From Lytechinus pictus (taxonomy: Eukaryota): a stretch of 64,000 nucleotides of DNA. Under the pieces are notes generated by a model. The model did not search any database, was not told the origin of the DNA, and worked only from the letters and a program-made list of their open reading frames with translations. Within the stretch, counting starts at the first letter, position 1. The number at the start of each line of letters is the position of its first letter. The position numbers were made by a program, and so were the translations under genes. Below, one piece after another: positions 38,687-51,048 of this stretch. The stretch is taken from NCBI RefSeq assembly GCF_037042905.1, contig NC_087245.1:33792001-33856000 (forward strand), in the 5' to 3' direction.

Positions 38687-41600
38687 TGTTACACCCACAA
38701 ATGTAATAATCGCCCACAAATGTAATAACGCCCACAAATGTAATAACACTTTACCCACAAATGTTATAACGCCCACAAATGTAATAACACTTTACCCACA
38801 AATGTAATAATTTCACCCACAAATGTAATAATGCACTTTACCCACAAATGTAATAATTTTTGATCGCCCACAAATGTAATAATGACTTTACCCACATATG
38901 TAATGAATTTGAAGGGATTTTTGCCGAATCCGTTCTAAACTAAAATCCTATAGTAATGCGTTCATATTGCAAAAAAGTGCAAAGTCTTTTTTTCCAGACC
39001 CGGTTAATCAAAAATTATAATATAAGTCCAAAGTCTTTTATTTCAGACCCGGTTGTTTAAAAAATCATAATATAAGTCCAAAGTATTTTTTTCCAGACCC
39101 GGTTATTTCAAAAATTATAATGTAAGTCCAAACTAAGATACGATAATGATATTCCAGTGGAAAAAAATGATAATCGAGCTTATTCTTTTCTCCAGACCCA
39201 GTTAATCAAAACTGGTGGAATTAATGTCTTTGTTGTTGTTTTACCTTATACGGTGCGTAATGTGAATATATGCGCTAAGAGTAAATTGAGAATCAAGTCT
39301 TTTCTCCAGACCCGGTTACTTAAAACTAAAGACTAAAACCCTTTACCCACAAATTAAATAATTTCACCCACAAATGTAATAATGCACTTTACCCACAAAT
39401 GTAATAATTTTTGATAGCCCACAAATGTAATAATGACTTTACCTACAAATGTTATAAATTTGAAGGGATTTTTGGCGAATATGTTCTAAACTAAAACCCT
39501 ATAGTAATGCGTTCATATAGCGCAAAGTCACAGTCTTTTTTCTCCAGACCCGGTTATATAAAACATTTAAACAATCTTCCAAATAAAGATCCCAAAATTA
39601 ATTCTTCTTAATGTTGAATAACATAGAAGTTTAGGGTAGTCTTTCCTACAGACCAAAATATTTCAAATAGAAAAAAAAAATGATAAATAATAATAAACAA
39701 AAACAAAGACCCCACGATCTTATTAATGTTGAACAAAATGCAAATATAGCGTAGTCTTTCCTCCAGACCCAGTTAAAAAAATAATTAAAAACACAACAAC
39801 ATCTACAAAACAAAGACCCTGCAATCTTATCAACATTGAATAGCATGGAAACATGGTGTAGTCTTTGCTCCAGACCCAGTTATTTCAAAATAGGAAGTTA
39901 TAAGAAACAATAAAAACAAACAAACAATATTAACAAAGAAAACAATATCATTGATGTAGAATAACGTTGTTGTTGTTATCTTGGGTTTTAAGGCGTGTAT
40001 CATTCAGATATGAATATTAACGCCAATGATTAATTTGCCGTTTTTGTTGTATGCGTTATCACAGGGTTTTTATAGTTTGGAAGATGCTGGAGTCTAAGTT
40101 TTAAGATTAATGTTTCTCTTAATTTGTATGTTTAAGAGAACTGGGTGTGGGGTAAAGACAACACTCTAAACCCAAGCATTTTAACTGGGTTTAATTTTGA
40201 AGATTGGTCTTAGCTTTGTTTTTTTTCTTCAATATTTGTTTATCTTTTAAGTAACCGGGTCTAGACGAAAGACTAAGCATAATACTCGTATTATTCCACA
40301 AAAATAAGAATATGACAAAGTCTTATGTTTTTAAGATTGTTTAAATTATTTCTTAAATGACTCGGTCTGGAATAAAGACAACGCTCTAAACATGTGCTTT
40401 TTACATGGTCTTAATTTGGAGGATTGTTGGTTCTTAGATTCGTTGCTGGGGCTGGGTTTTATTGCTTTTTTATTCTTGAAATAACTGTGTCTGGAGGAAG
40501 TCTACAATCGATCTTCATGTTATTCCACAGTAATTAAATTATTGGGTATTCGTTTTAGAATATTTGTAAAAACTATTTTATTTTTTTTCTTCAAATAATA
40601 ACCAAGTCTGGAGAAAGAATGTTAGCTTTACTCATGCATTATTACAATGTTTTGTAGGGGTCTTAGTATTATTTATAAAAAAAACTGGGTGTGGGGTAGA
40701 GACATATTTTTTTACTGGGTGTAACTTTTGGAGATTGGTCTTAGATTTGAGGTTTTTTAATTCATTTTTTAAATAACCGGGTCTGGAGGAAGGAGTACGT
40801 TTTAAAACTCGTGTTATTCCACAAGAATAAGAATATGATAGGGTCTTACGCTAGAAGATTTTTTTTTGTAGTTTATTTAATGATTAGGTCTGGAATAAAG
40901 ACAACGCTCTAAACCTCTTTTTAAAACAGGTTCTTAGGTTGAAGGATTGTTTGGTCTTAGATTTGGAGTTTTTTTATTATAACTATTAGCGTTATTTTGA
41001 AGAAAAAAAATGGGTCTGGCTGAAAGACTAGGCTATATGTCCATGTTATGCAGCATTAATAAGATTATGGGGTCTTTATACTGTTTTTGTTGTTGTTGTT
41101 GTTGTATTGTTATTTATAATTTTGGAATAACAGGGTTTTGAGAAAAGACTAAGCTCGATTTTCATTTTTATTCCACTGGAATATTATTATTGTATATTAG
41201 TTTGGACCTATATTATAGTTTTTTAAATAACCGGGTCTGGAAAAAAGACTTTGGACTTATATTATGATTTTTGAATTAACTGGGTCTGGAAAAAAGACTT
41301 TGGATTCATATTATAATTTTTGAATTAACGGGGTCTGGAAAAAAGACTTTGCACTTTTGTGCTATATGAACGCAGTACTATAGGGTTTTAGGTTTAATAA
41401 CCAGGACTGGAGAAAAGACTACGCTTGATTCTCAATTTACTCTTAGCGCATATATTCACAATACGCGCCATATAAGTTAAAACAACGACAAAGACATTAA
41501 TTCTACCAGTTTTGATTAACTGGGTCTTGAGAAAAGACTAAGCTCAATTCTCATTTTTATTCCACTTGAATATCATTATCGTATCTTAGTTTGGACTTAC

Positions 41601-42051
41601 ATTATATTTTTTTAATAACCGGGTCTGGAAAAAAAGACTTTGGACTTATATTATGATTTTCGAAACAACCGGGTCTGGAAAAAAGACTTTGGACTTATAT
41701 TATAGTTTTTGAAACAACCGGGTCTGAAATAAAAGACTTTGGACCTATATTATAATTTTTGATTAACCGGGTCTGGAAAAAAAGAACGCATTACTATAGG
41801 ATTTTAGTTTAGAACGGATTCGGCAAAAATCCCTTCAAATTCATTACATTTGTGGGTAAAGTCATTTTTACATTTGTGGGCGATCAAAAATTATTACATT
41901 TGTGGGTAAAGTGCATTATTACATTTGTGGGTGAAATTATTACAAATTATTACATTTGTGGGTTAAGTGTTATTACATTTGTGGGTAAAGTGTTATTACA
42001 TTTGTGGGCGTTATTACATTTGTGGGCGTCATTACATTTGTGGGTGCAACA
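38687..42051. mobile_element. Foldback-type non-autonomous DNA element with TGT...ACA termini (Ginger-like, tentative)
   Basis: TIR TGTT(A/G)CACCCACAAATGTAAT; subterminal arrays of CCCACAAATGTAATAA; internal TTCCAGACCCGGTT arrays in mirror orientation; inserted in poly-G; empty site at 43151-43175. Confidence 0.9.
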
Positions 42052-42661
42052 GGGGGGTCGGTCAGAACCTTTGCTGCCTAGAAAAAGATAGTGGGCAGAA
42101 TCCATCCCCCCCCCCCCTCTATATTTTTCACGATTAATCCAACGAGTGAAAATTTTTCAACCGCGCCGCTTACTGACTTTTTACTTTCAAATCTCGTTCA
42201 ATTTTTTAGACCAAATTTGCGATGCCCGAGTACGCGGTTACGAAATTATTCAACATTTTGTAAGTGCACTGCATGTCAGACTCAAAACTGCTCAAAAACG
42301 TGAGTTCATGTACAATTAAATTCAATGCAAATTGCGTATTTAGCCAAAATTCGTAAATGTATCATTATTTCTACTTTTACTGATTAAACTAAATTACTTT
42401 TGTCTTGTTTATCATCAGGGTCTTATTTACCAAGTATGATAATAACTGATGTAGAAATAAAGCAAACTGAACAAAAGACTAACAATTTGTAACAGACTAA
42501 TACCGCTTTCAGTAACTCACGATTCTTCGTTCCGCATCAAGCCCAAACTTACATAGTCGGCACCACGTACATGATGTAATAAAAATCGCGTTCAGTAACT
42601 ATAGCAGAGCCGCTCTACCTTTATGATCACCCATTCTAAAACTTGGGCACATAAGGGGTAG

Positions 42662-42918
42662 CTTTCATCCTCTTTTACCTTCTGGTTACTGACCTGACGG
42701 AGACCTTCCAATGTCGTTGATTCTCTGTTAAACTTGTGTATAGATGATGGGACAGACAGTGGCCTGATGGAATCTTCATCAGCAGCCTTCTCTGTGATTT
42801 GTGGTGTAGAGATTATAAGAGAAGACTGGCCTGTCTCAATGACTTGTAGACTTCTTCGCTTCCTTTTCCTGGGATCATCTTGTGAGTGGCGCAGCTTTAC
42901 CTCGCTGTCATATTCGAC
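42662..42918 (-). pseudogene. Truncated recent duplicate of the 5' part of exon D
   Basis: Near-identical to 38180-38434, with upstream intron sequence also duplicated to about 43197; frame runs into a stop at 42592. Confidence 0.85.
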
Positions 42919-43687
42919 CTGTATGAATGCAGAATTTGACATTCATAATTAAATAATGCATTTAATATTTTAAAAATTTATCAATCACAGCATGCATAGA
43001 AATATGACCCTAAGTTGAACATGCCTTACTTCTCTCTGTCCTTTTACCCCATTTCTCATTCTTTTACTTTCGTTTCCAAAACACTCCCCTAATTTTGTGA
43101 TTAGTCATCACAATAGAGTGGTAAAATATGAATTTCAGTGGCGGCACCTAGAGGAAGGGGGGGGGGGGTCGGTCAAAACCTTTGCTGCCTAGAAAAAATG
43201 TATAGTAACAAGCATATAGTCTTTAAGCTGTCACAAGCAGCTGTCAAGTAATTTAAAAATTCTCTACTGTTTAAATCTACACATTTTCTCATTTGATTGC
43301 GAAACTCTTTTGGAAAAATAAAAAAAAAGGGTTTCAATCATAGGGGAATTAGGAGAGCTCCCCAGTTTGAATCTATGTCCTCTATTTGTCCACCCTACTT
43401 TATAAATCGTGGTACCTCCACTGATGAAGTTGTGCTGGGATACCCGACCCCCGACTACGGATAAGGAATTTAATGGTTTTAAGTGAGTAGCCAAAAAACT
43501 GACAACTATGAGGCCTCTCAAATGGACTTGGTGGGATTGGTGAATGCCTTGCTGTCAATGTCGATGCTGCCACATCATCCTTTGTTTGGAACCTGTGCTG
43601 CCGACACACAAAAGCTTTCATTACTCATTTCCCCCCTACATATAATTACGATGTTTATATTTTTGATAATTTTAAATGGCTTAACAC

Positions 43688-44122
43688 CTGCAGCTGGACA
43701 CTTGGAGGGATGCACTTTACGGGTTGGTCATCAGGGACATCGCTCTGATCCGTTGCTTCAAGATCCACATCATTGAGGAATGGGTAGAGGTTTTCCATCT
43801 CCCTAACCAGATTTGAAGACACAGATTGATAGGATGCACTATTCTGCTCTAAATCTTCACCGCTGATAGCCTCATTTTGGTCATGATGTTTATGCGTATC
43901 AGCTGCAGCTCCTTCTGCTTGGTTGATGGAGCCTTGCGTTGATATTGAGCTGGTACCTCCGGTAGATATACCATTATATTCTTCTATAAATGATATTGGA
44001 TCAACTTCTGGAATTCCAGACTGAAGGATATCAATGACCCTTTCACCACTCAAATTCATGTTTCTTGGATCAGCTGAAGGGAGGAGCATCTGAAGTTGCT
44101 TTGCATCAGCATCATATGCGAG
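43688..44122 (-). CDS. Divergent paralog of exon D (D')
   Basis: TTCTCTGCAG acceptor, phase 0; LAYDADAK vs LEYDSEVK and SNLVREMENLYPFL vs SNLVEEMENLYPFL; the donor (CAG/GTGTTA) is weak and uncertain. Confidence 0.6.
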
Positions 44123-44219
44123 CTGCAGAGAATTATAATGTTTTGACATCATGATCTGAGTTATTGTATAACGTCTTGTGATGTTCATATAATAACATCA
44201 ACAAATGTTATTTTTAAAA

Positions 44220-45310
44220 TGTGGTTCATGAACCACATTCTCGCCTGATTTCGCAATCAAAATATGCGATATGATCTTTTTACGCATAGATGACCTCTGA
44301 CTTAATTACCCAATAACTATCTGTACCAACTGTGATCAAAATTGATCTAGAGATAAAGAAATGAAAGCAAGTTTCTACAACCTTTTGACCCCTAGATGAG
44401 CTTTGACCCCATCACACTCATGAACAAGCCTGTGTTATTACCCGAGGATCATATGTACCAAGTGTGAACATAATTTATGCACAAATAAAGAAATGAAAAC
44501 AAGTTTAACAAAACATTGACCCTATCGTCGTCAATAATACACATGTGGTATTACCCAAGGACCATTCAAACCAAGTGTGATCAAAAGTGATGCAGAAATG
44601 AGTAAATGAGAGCAAGTTGATCAAAAACTTAAAGGATGGATATGACCTTATATCATTTGACCTTTTGACCCCTAGATGATCTTTGACCTGATCATTCTCA
44701 TGGGCTCACTGTCACATGTATTATTACCTAAGGGTCATATTTACCAAGTATGATCATAACTGATGTAGAAATAAAGAAATGAGAGCAAATTGAACAAAAA
44801 ACTAACAATTTTGTAACAGACTAATACCACTTTCAGTAACTTACGATTCTTCGGTCGGCTCTGCTACTGTGTCTCACTTTTCAACCAAACTTGGGTTGTA
44901 TAGATGTACTACGGGACCGACATACGTTATGGTGCAGTTGGATGTCACATAAGGTCAAGGGTCATTTCAGGTCAAATGTTAAAGTTTACGTGCGAGACTC
45001 TCTTATGATACATAACTCTGCAACCATGTCTCACTTTTCAACCAAACTTGGGTTGTAGATGCACTAGTACGTGACCTACATGTATGGTACAGCCAGAGGT
45101 CACATGGTAAGGTCAAAGGTCGTTTCAGGTCAAACTTTAAAGTTTACCTGCAAGGCTCTCGTATGACAAATAACTTTACAACCGTTACTCACTTTTCAAC
45201 TGAGCTAGGGTTGTATGCACTGAATGGATCTGTATACATGGTGCCGTCGGAGTTCATGTAACAAGGTCAAAGGTCAATTGAGTTCATATGTTAAAGTTGT
45301 TTTGAAATGT
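44220..45310. repeat. Interspersed repeats rich in TGACC/AGGTCA motifs
   Basis: Recurrent TTTGACCCCTAGATGA, ACCAAGTGTGATCAAAA and AAGGTCAAAGGTCA units; 44730-44855 is also copied at 42417-42535. Confidence 0.55.
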
Positions 45311-45452
45311 TGAGTTTTCCTTTTCTCTAAATTACACTTAGTAGGTATAAATATCCAACTACTCCCCTTTTATGGTATTTATCTATCCACGTTTAAAAGA
45401 TAACGACACAATCATGACATTTCCTAAGGAATTTTATGGAACGGTGACTCAC

Positions 45453-45575
45453 CACATAAACCTTTAAAATATCTGATAGCGTTGAGGAGAAGAATAAGGC
45501 TTCATACGATGCCCAAATTTCTGTTTCAATTTGGTTATTCCATAGGCCCAGAAGTTCAGTCATCTTTTCAACAAC
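45453..45575 (-). CDS. Exon C of the VPS9-domain gene (VVEKMTELLGLWNNQIETEIWASYEALFFSSTLSDILKVYV)
   Basis: TATCAG acceptor and GTGAGT donor; 123 nt, phase 0-0; resembles the helical segment that precedes VPS9 domains. Confidence 0.8.
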
Positions 45576-45825
45576 CTGATATCCAATTAAGAAAATCATG
45601 AAATCATGGCATTTCTATTCAACTGGGTCATATACAATCGGCAATTGGGTAATATATGAGTCAGGAAAATGTCCCATAACTTGAAGTTATGAAGTATGAT
45701 ATGAACATTTAATCATTGATTTATTGATATGTCGTGGTATAGACTTATCCTCTCTGCATATGTTGGTACCATTTTCATAAGGATCTTTGCAGGCATGACT
45801 GACTACGAGACAATGTCCTAAAGGT

Positions 45826-46291
45826 CGTAAAATTTCAGTTGCGCCAAGTTGCTGGTGAAGATGAAAAACAAGTTATTGCATGCAGAAAGACACCCATCAT
45901 TCTAACCCTTGGACACATGACACATTACCTCTATCGCCCACACACATTCACCCATCCATTCATACTCCTTCTCCTACCCACAACGCGTTCTAAATACTTC
46001 ATGAACTCTTCATATAGCAGTGTTTAAATTTCGTCATTTTCTCTAATCTCATTGGTTATTGGTCTTTTGTTGATCAGAAACGGCCGTTGCCCCATTGTTT
46101 AGCTTCAAAATGGCATGTCTGGTATGGAGGCACTTACCTAAGTTGAGCCCTTCACAAGTGTGGGTGGGTGTGTGGGAGATGTCGTGTGTGAGCCTGGTGA
46201 TGTGTTGTTTAAGGGTGTGTAACGGTAGGTGTCTTTCTGTCTGCTTTGTTTCATTCTTTACCCAACAACTTGGCGCAACTGAGATTTTACG
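45826..46291. mobile_element. MITE with TIR CGTAAAATTTCAGTTGCGCCAAGTTG
   Basis: Inverted copy CAACTTGGCGCAACTGAGATTTTACG at 46266-46291. Confidence 0.7.
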
Positions 46292-46674
46292 TACTTCTCT
46301 TTTTATACATATAAATATTTTATACATATAAATATATATATATACACACACAAACACCCTCACACGCATACCCGCTCACACACACGCACACATGTATATA
46401 TGGTTTTCTTTCGGCACTATTGCTTTTATAGGGGAAATAAATTAGTTCAAATTATTCACCATATTTGCTAGTACAATGTAACACTGGGGTAGGTGTATTT
46501 ATAGATGATAATGTCATTGATATGCTTAGGCCCATAGTTGATTCATTTGAATAAACTTACGGTGGACATCACCTTTAATTATAACTACCTACAGCTCCCA
46601 CGTGATCTGATGGACTCGGCGACTCTTTAGTGGTAATAAAATATTATGAAATAAGTAGCATTATATTTGCTTAC

Positions 46675-46785
46675 CTCTGAGAAGTGACTCCTTATTTTGA
46701 AGGTAGTGGTTTGGGCGCAAGATTGATAATTCGTTAATGTTGAAAACCCGTCCTTAGCTCCAGATGAGCGACGTTGCTTTGATTT
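46675..46785 (-). CDS. Exon B of the VPS9-domain gene, right copy
   Basis: CTAG acceptor and GTAAGC donor; 111 nt open; phase 0 joins exon C. Confidence 0.75.
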
Positions 46786-47025
46786 CTAGTATAAGCATAT
46801 ATAATTAGGAAACGTCACTCTTATTCAATGATATACAAATTCTCATTTACTGTAAGAATGAAAAAAAATGTAGTCATAGTCTTAAAAAAGTCTTAAAGTT
46901 GGAAAATGGTATCATTAAAATATTAGTAAGTTGCGCTTTCAAGTGAAAGTTTTGATTGTTGCAGGTGCTACATGTTATTTAAAAATGGCCCTTTCATCTA
47001 GTTACTTTTACTTACATTGTTTTGA

Positions 47026-47383
47026 ATAATAATAGTAATAATAATAATCCGCATTTATATAGCGCTAAACACATCGGAACGACGTCTCTAATCGCTTTGC
47101 AGAAATAATATTATCACCCCGGTCATCGGATCCTTGCATGCCCGCATATAATGTATGTACCTTCTCCACTCCCTGGGGAGCATTCCAACAAGAGTTCCAA
47201 GACCAATTGCTAAACGTACTACATAGGCTTTCGCATCATACCGGGTACCCATTTAACACCTGGGTGGAGAGTGGCAAATTGTAGATTGACGCCTTGCCAA
47301 AGGACGCTAGGCCATGGTGGGATTCGATCTCACGACCCTCTGATTACAAGGCAAGAGTCAGAACCGCTACACCACGGCGCTTC
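47026..47383 (-). mobile_element. tRNA-derived SINE (paralog of 572-927)
   Basis: Same sequence with the B box mutated to GAGATCGAATC; insertion predates the duplication. Confidence 0.85.
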
Positions 47384-48181
47384 CAAAGAAAATAATGTAA
47401 ATTTTAGAATTAAAATGCATTGTATTTCTTCCATTTTCCCTTCTCAAAGGAAAAGGAACGAAGGGGGAGAAAGGGAAGGGAAAAGGGAAAGGGAGAGATA
47501 AGGATAAGGGAAGAAAGGAGGGGGAAAAGAAGAAAAGGGAAGGGAGAAAAAAGTGAAAAATATAAAAGGAAAGGAAGGGGAATGCGAGAGAAAAACAGAA
47601 GAAAAAGAAGGGAGATGGGAAAGAAAAGGAAGGGGAAAAGAGAGAAAGAAAAAAGGGGAGAGAAAAAGAAAAGGATATAGCGAAAAAGAAAAGAGGGAGA
47701 AGAAAATTTTCAGGCGAGAGAAAAGAGAAGGAAAAGGTAGAGAGAGAAAAGGAAGGGAAAAGAAGAGAAGGAAAAAAAAGAAAAGGGAAAGGGGAAGGAA
47801 TGGATACGAGTAGAAAAAAGGGAGAAGAAAGGGGACGAAAAAATAGAAAGTGAAGGAAAAGATAGGAATGGGATAAGAAAAAGTGGAAGAGAAAGGGAAA
47901 TGAAAAGAGGAAAGGGACAAATAAAGATGGGAAGAAAGATGCCCAAGGAGGAGAAGACCCCCCCCCAAAAAAAAATATATATATATATAGACTTGAAACT
48001 CAAACTGTTGACTTGAATCTCGAAATTTAGACTTGAAACTCGAACTGTTGGCTTGAAACTCCTAAGTTAGACTTGAACTTGAAATTTAGACATGAAACTC
48101 GAACTTTTGACTTGAAACTCAAAATGCAGACTCGAAACGCGAAGAAATAAAACACTTTCAGAACTGAATCACCCAACTTAC

Positions 48182-48358
48182 CAGCCTTGGTCTCGGTGTA
48201 GTATGTTCGGAGAGAAAGTTTATTGAGGTTTGATTGCATGTATCCAGCACTTCAAGAATCAGAGAATGATGTGCCATCTTCATCGTGATATCGCTCCGCA
48301 ATTTCTTCACCAAAGTGTAAAAATAAGAAACAGGTTTTTGCTTTTGAGCTTACAGTTT
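48182..48358 (-). pseudogene. Exon A, right copy, with a +1 frameshift
   Basis: TTTAG acceptor and GTAAGT donor; 177 nt vs 176 nt in the paralog; extra base in the T5 run at 48335-48339. Confidence 0.7.
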
Positions 48359-48849
48359 CTAAAGATATAAAATGTACGTGTTTGGAAAATGAAGAAAAAA
48401 AAATCAGTGATTATCTGAGTCTTAATTGTTATTTAGAGGTCCGATTTTAACCAGGTTTTTGCGATGCCTGTCTATCCGAGTCAAAATTGATGAATGTAAA
48501 TTGTATTGGGTTGCTTCATCCTAATGATACTATCGATTCAGCTTTTGTAACAACATTTTACACCTATAATTCATAGTAACCACATAATTTATGTAGTAAT
48601 TTTCAAAATAATTTGAGAGCTGGTACGATATTAAATGAACTTGTCCTATTTGCATGACAGATTTCATGGGTCTATATTGTATTATGTAGGCATTGAGGGG
48701 ATGGAAGGGAGAGTATACTAGATTGTCGAAATCTGTGGGGGAGATGCCTTATCCCTCATCAAAATAGTCAACCGCTGTGTATACCCGTATATAAAAACAC
48801 GAGTTTTGGATTAAAAAAAGAACAATGAAATTGATATCCATGCGGCCCC

Positions 48850-48889
<40 letters not shown>

Positions 48890-48894
<5 letters not shown>

Positions 48895-49292
48895 AAAGTT
48901 ATACATGTACAACAGCTTTGGCAACTCTTTTATTTAAATATTGTAAAGAAATGGATGAAGAGAACAATGGTAGGCGTAGCTTAAATCAAGGTTCCCCAGA
49001 GCTATCTACCCTTTGGAAAAATTGGTGATGCCGAAAAAATGTCCCTGCCGGGACAATAGGATCTGACAATAGGATCTATCTGACGGTCAATAGGATCGGG
49101 GTCGCCCTAGCCACTAACCCGTCTCTGTGGTCTAGTGGTTAAGGCACCGGCGTTCAAAGCTGGGGGCCCGGGTTCGATTCCCGGCAGGGACATTTTTTCG
49201 GCATCACCAATTTTTCCAAAGGGTAGATAGCTCTGGGGAACCTTGATTTAAGCTACGCCTACCATTGTTCTCTTCATCCATTTCTTTACAAT
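48890..49292. mobile_element. tRNA-carrying non-autonomous element, copy A (inverted arms around a tRNA gene)
   Basis: 48939-49051 is the reverse complement of 49180-49292; flanked by (TA)n; absent from the unit 1 paralog. Confidence 0.85.
49121..49192 (+). tRNA. tRNA-like gene with TCA anticodon (opal-suppressor type), short variable loop
   Basis: Cloverleaf GTCTCTG/CAGGGAC, GTCT/AGGC, CCGGC-GTTCAAA-GCTGG, CCGGG-TTCGATT-CCCGG; A and B boxes; T6 immediately downstream. Confidence 0.75.
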
Positions 49293-49354
49293 ATATATAT
49301 ATATATATATATAGATAGATATATATATATATATATATATAGAAATTTTCCTCA

Positions 49355-49413
49355 CCTCTGGTCTACCAATGGTTTCGCGCCTCGATCACAGGCGGCTCAT
49401 CAGGACACTGAAG
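49355..49413 (-). ncRNA. Type I hammerhead ribozyme (3' pLTR)
   Basis: GTC-CTGATGA-GCCGCCT...AGGCGC-GAAAC-CATTG-GTA-GAC on the minus strand. Confidence 0.85.
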
Positions 49414-49636
49414 CTAGTTGGATTTGGTGGGGGCCCACGGTTGGGGCAATGGATGCATTTCACGGTCCGGCGGTTCTTTGTTCCTTCTTTTGTGACGGCA
49501 TGTACTGATTAGTTCGGACCTTCGGTTGAGTGAGTTTTTCTTGTGAGTTGCGATAATGAGTTTTTCGTCTAAGCATAGGTTGCAGATTCCACTTCCCCGC
49601 ATTGCCAAGTTGGATTTTTTCATTATTGCCCATTTT

Positions 49637-50196
49637 CCCGGGGGGGCCACTTCCATTCACGAGTGGATACCATGCGCGACCATGGGGTCTCAAAAAGCAC
49701 CCTAAACACGTAATTTCCATATTCTGAGAATGCACCCCTTAACAAGTATTGGCGTCTAAAACCCTACCCTTAACAAGTATTGGAAATAAAACGATACTCT
49801 TGGCAAATATTTCCTGAAATGAACCCCTAAACAAGTACAGGAATGTTTTATTGTTACGGGTCCTTCGGTCTTCGTCTTTAATTTATTTGGTTTAGTACGA
49901 CCCCACCTTCTAACACCTCGCGCAAATCGGACTCTAAAGTCTAAACACGAAGTGTTGGGGCAAAAAGGACATCCTTTATAAAACATTTTAATTTTGTTTT
50001 ATCATCCCCGCAAATTCGACCCTAAACACGTAATTTTCCTAGCGAAATAGATACCCTTTTTTCATTATTTTTGTGATTTTGACACCCTTATCACGTTACG
50101 TACGTAACGTGCCCTATCGTGAAAAAGACATCCTTTTTACGTGTTTTTTTTGGTCGCGCATGGTATCCACTCGTCAATGTAAGTGGCCCCCCCGGG
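49637..50196. mobile_element. MITE with CCCGGGGGGGCCACTT TIR inserted in the PLE endonuclease
   Basis: Imperfect TIRs of about 45 bp; 8-bp TSD CCCATTTT (49629-49636 and 50197-50204); removal restores YNLKWAIMKK. Confidence 0.92.
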
Positions 50197-50910
50197 CCCA
50201 TTTTAAATTGTATCGTTCCCCTTTCTTTTGTAGATCCCATATGTATTTAGATAGTTCTGTTTCGTTTTGGTATTTCTCGTTTCGGAAAGATTTTGTGTGG
50301 TTTCTGAATCTTTCTTTAAAAGTTCCCCCTGCTAGGCCAAAATACACTTTGGTGATTGCATCTCTTTGGCCGTGCGTGACAGATGCTTTGTATATTATCG
50401 ACTTGGCCAGGCAGTTTCCCCGTAGAGGGCAGTCTTCCTTTACTCGGCAGTTGCATGTTTTTTCCGGAGGGTTCTCTTCTTCTTTTGATTTTCTGATGAC
50501 TTTTTCGTTGTGTGATTTGATGATCGCATTTACGTTTTTCATGCAGCTGTAGCTAATTTTTACAGTATTTTTGTTAAAAATCTTGTGCAGTTTGTGTCCC
50601 TTGGGGAAATGCTTTTCGACTAGGTTGATGAATTTTCCCCCGATGTTGGTTTTGACATTACTGCTGTAGGGTGGGTTGAACCACGTGACGTTTCTTTGGC
50701 GTTTTTTCCTGGTTTTGTTGGGCTTTTGGTTTTTGGCGAATTCGATGTCACCATGGTAACCGCTGTTGCTCAGGGCTTCCTTGTATACCGGTGCTGCGGT
50801 CTTGAATTTTTCTTCATTTGAAGATAGGGATGAGATTCTTGTTTGTACTGATGTGGGAATTTGCTTCGTGATATATATATAAATACATATATAGATATAT
50901 ATCCAACTAG

Positions 50911-50969
50911 CTTCAGTGTCCTGATGAGCCGCCTGTGATCGAGGCGCGAAACCATTGGTAGACCAGAGG
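50911..50969 (+). ncRNA. Type I hammerhead ribozyme (inverted 5' pLTR)
   Basis: CTGATGA at 50921-50927, stem II, GAAA at 50948-50951, GTA cleavage triplet at 50958-50960, stem I GTC/GAC. Confidence 0.85.
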
Positions 50970-51048
50970 TGAGGAAAATTTCTACAACGCTCTGCTTCAG
51001 TTGAAACATCGAGCACTTTCCCTGAACTTGATACATCCCACTTTAATT

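Noticed and set aside
38693..38905. CRISPR-like short repeat array
   Set aside because: Spacers are only a few bases and repetitive; these are subterminal TIR repeats in eukaryotic DNA with no cas genes
49121..49192. Selenocysteine tRNA
   Set aside because: 72 nt, 4-nt variable loop, ordinary 7/5 acceptor/T stems
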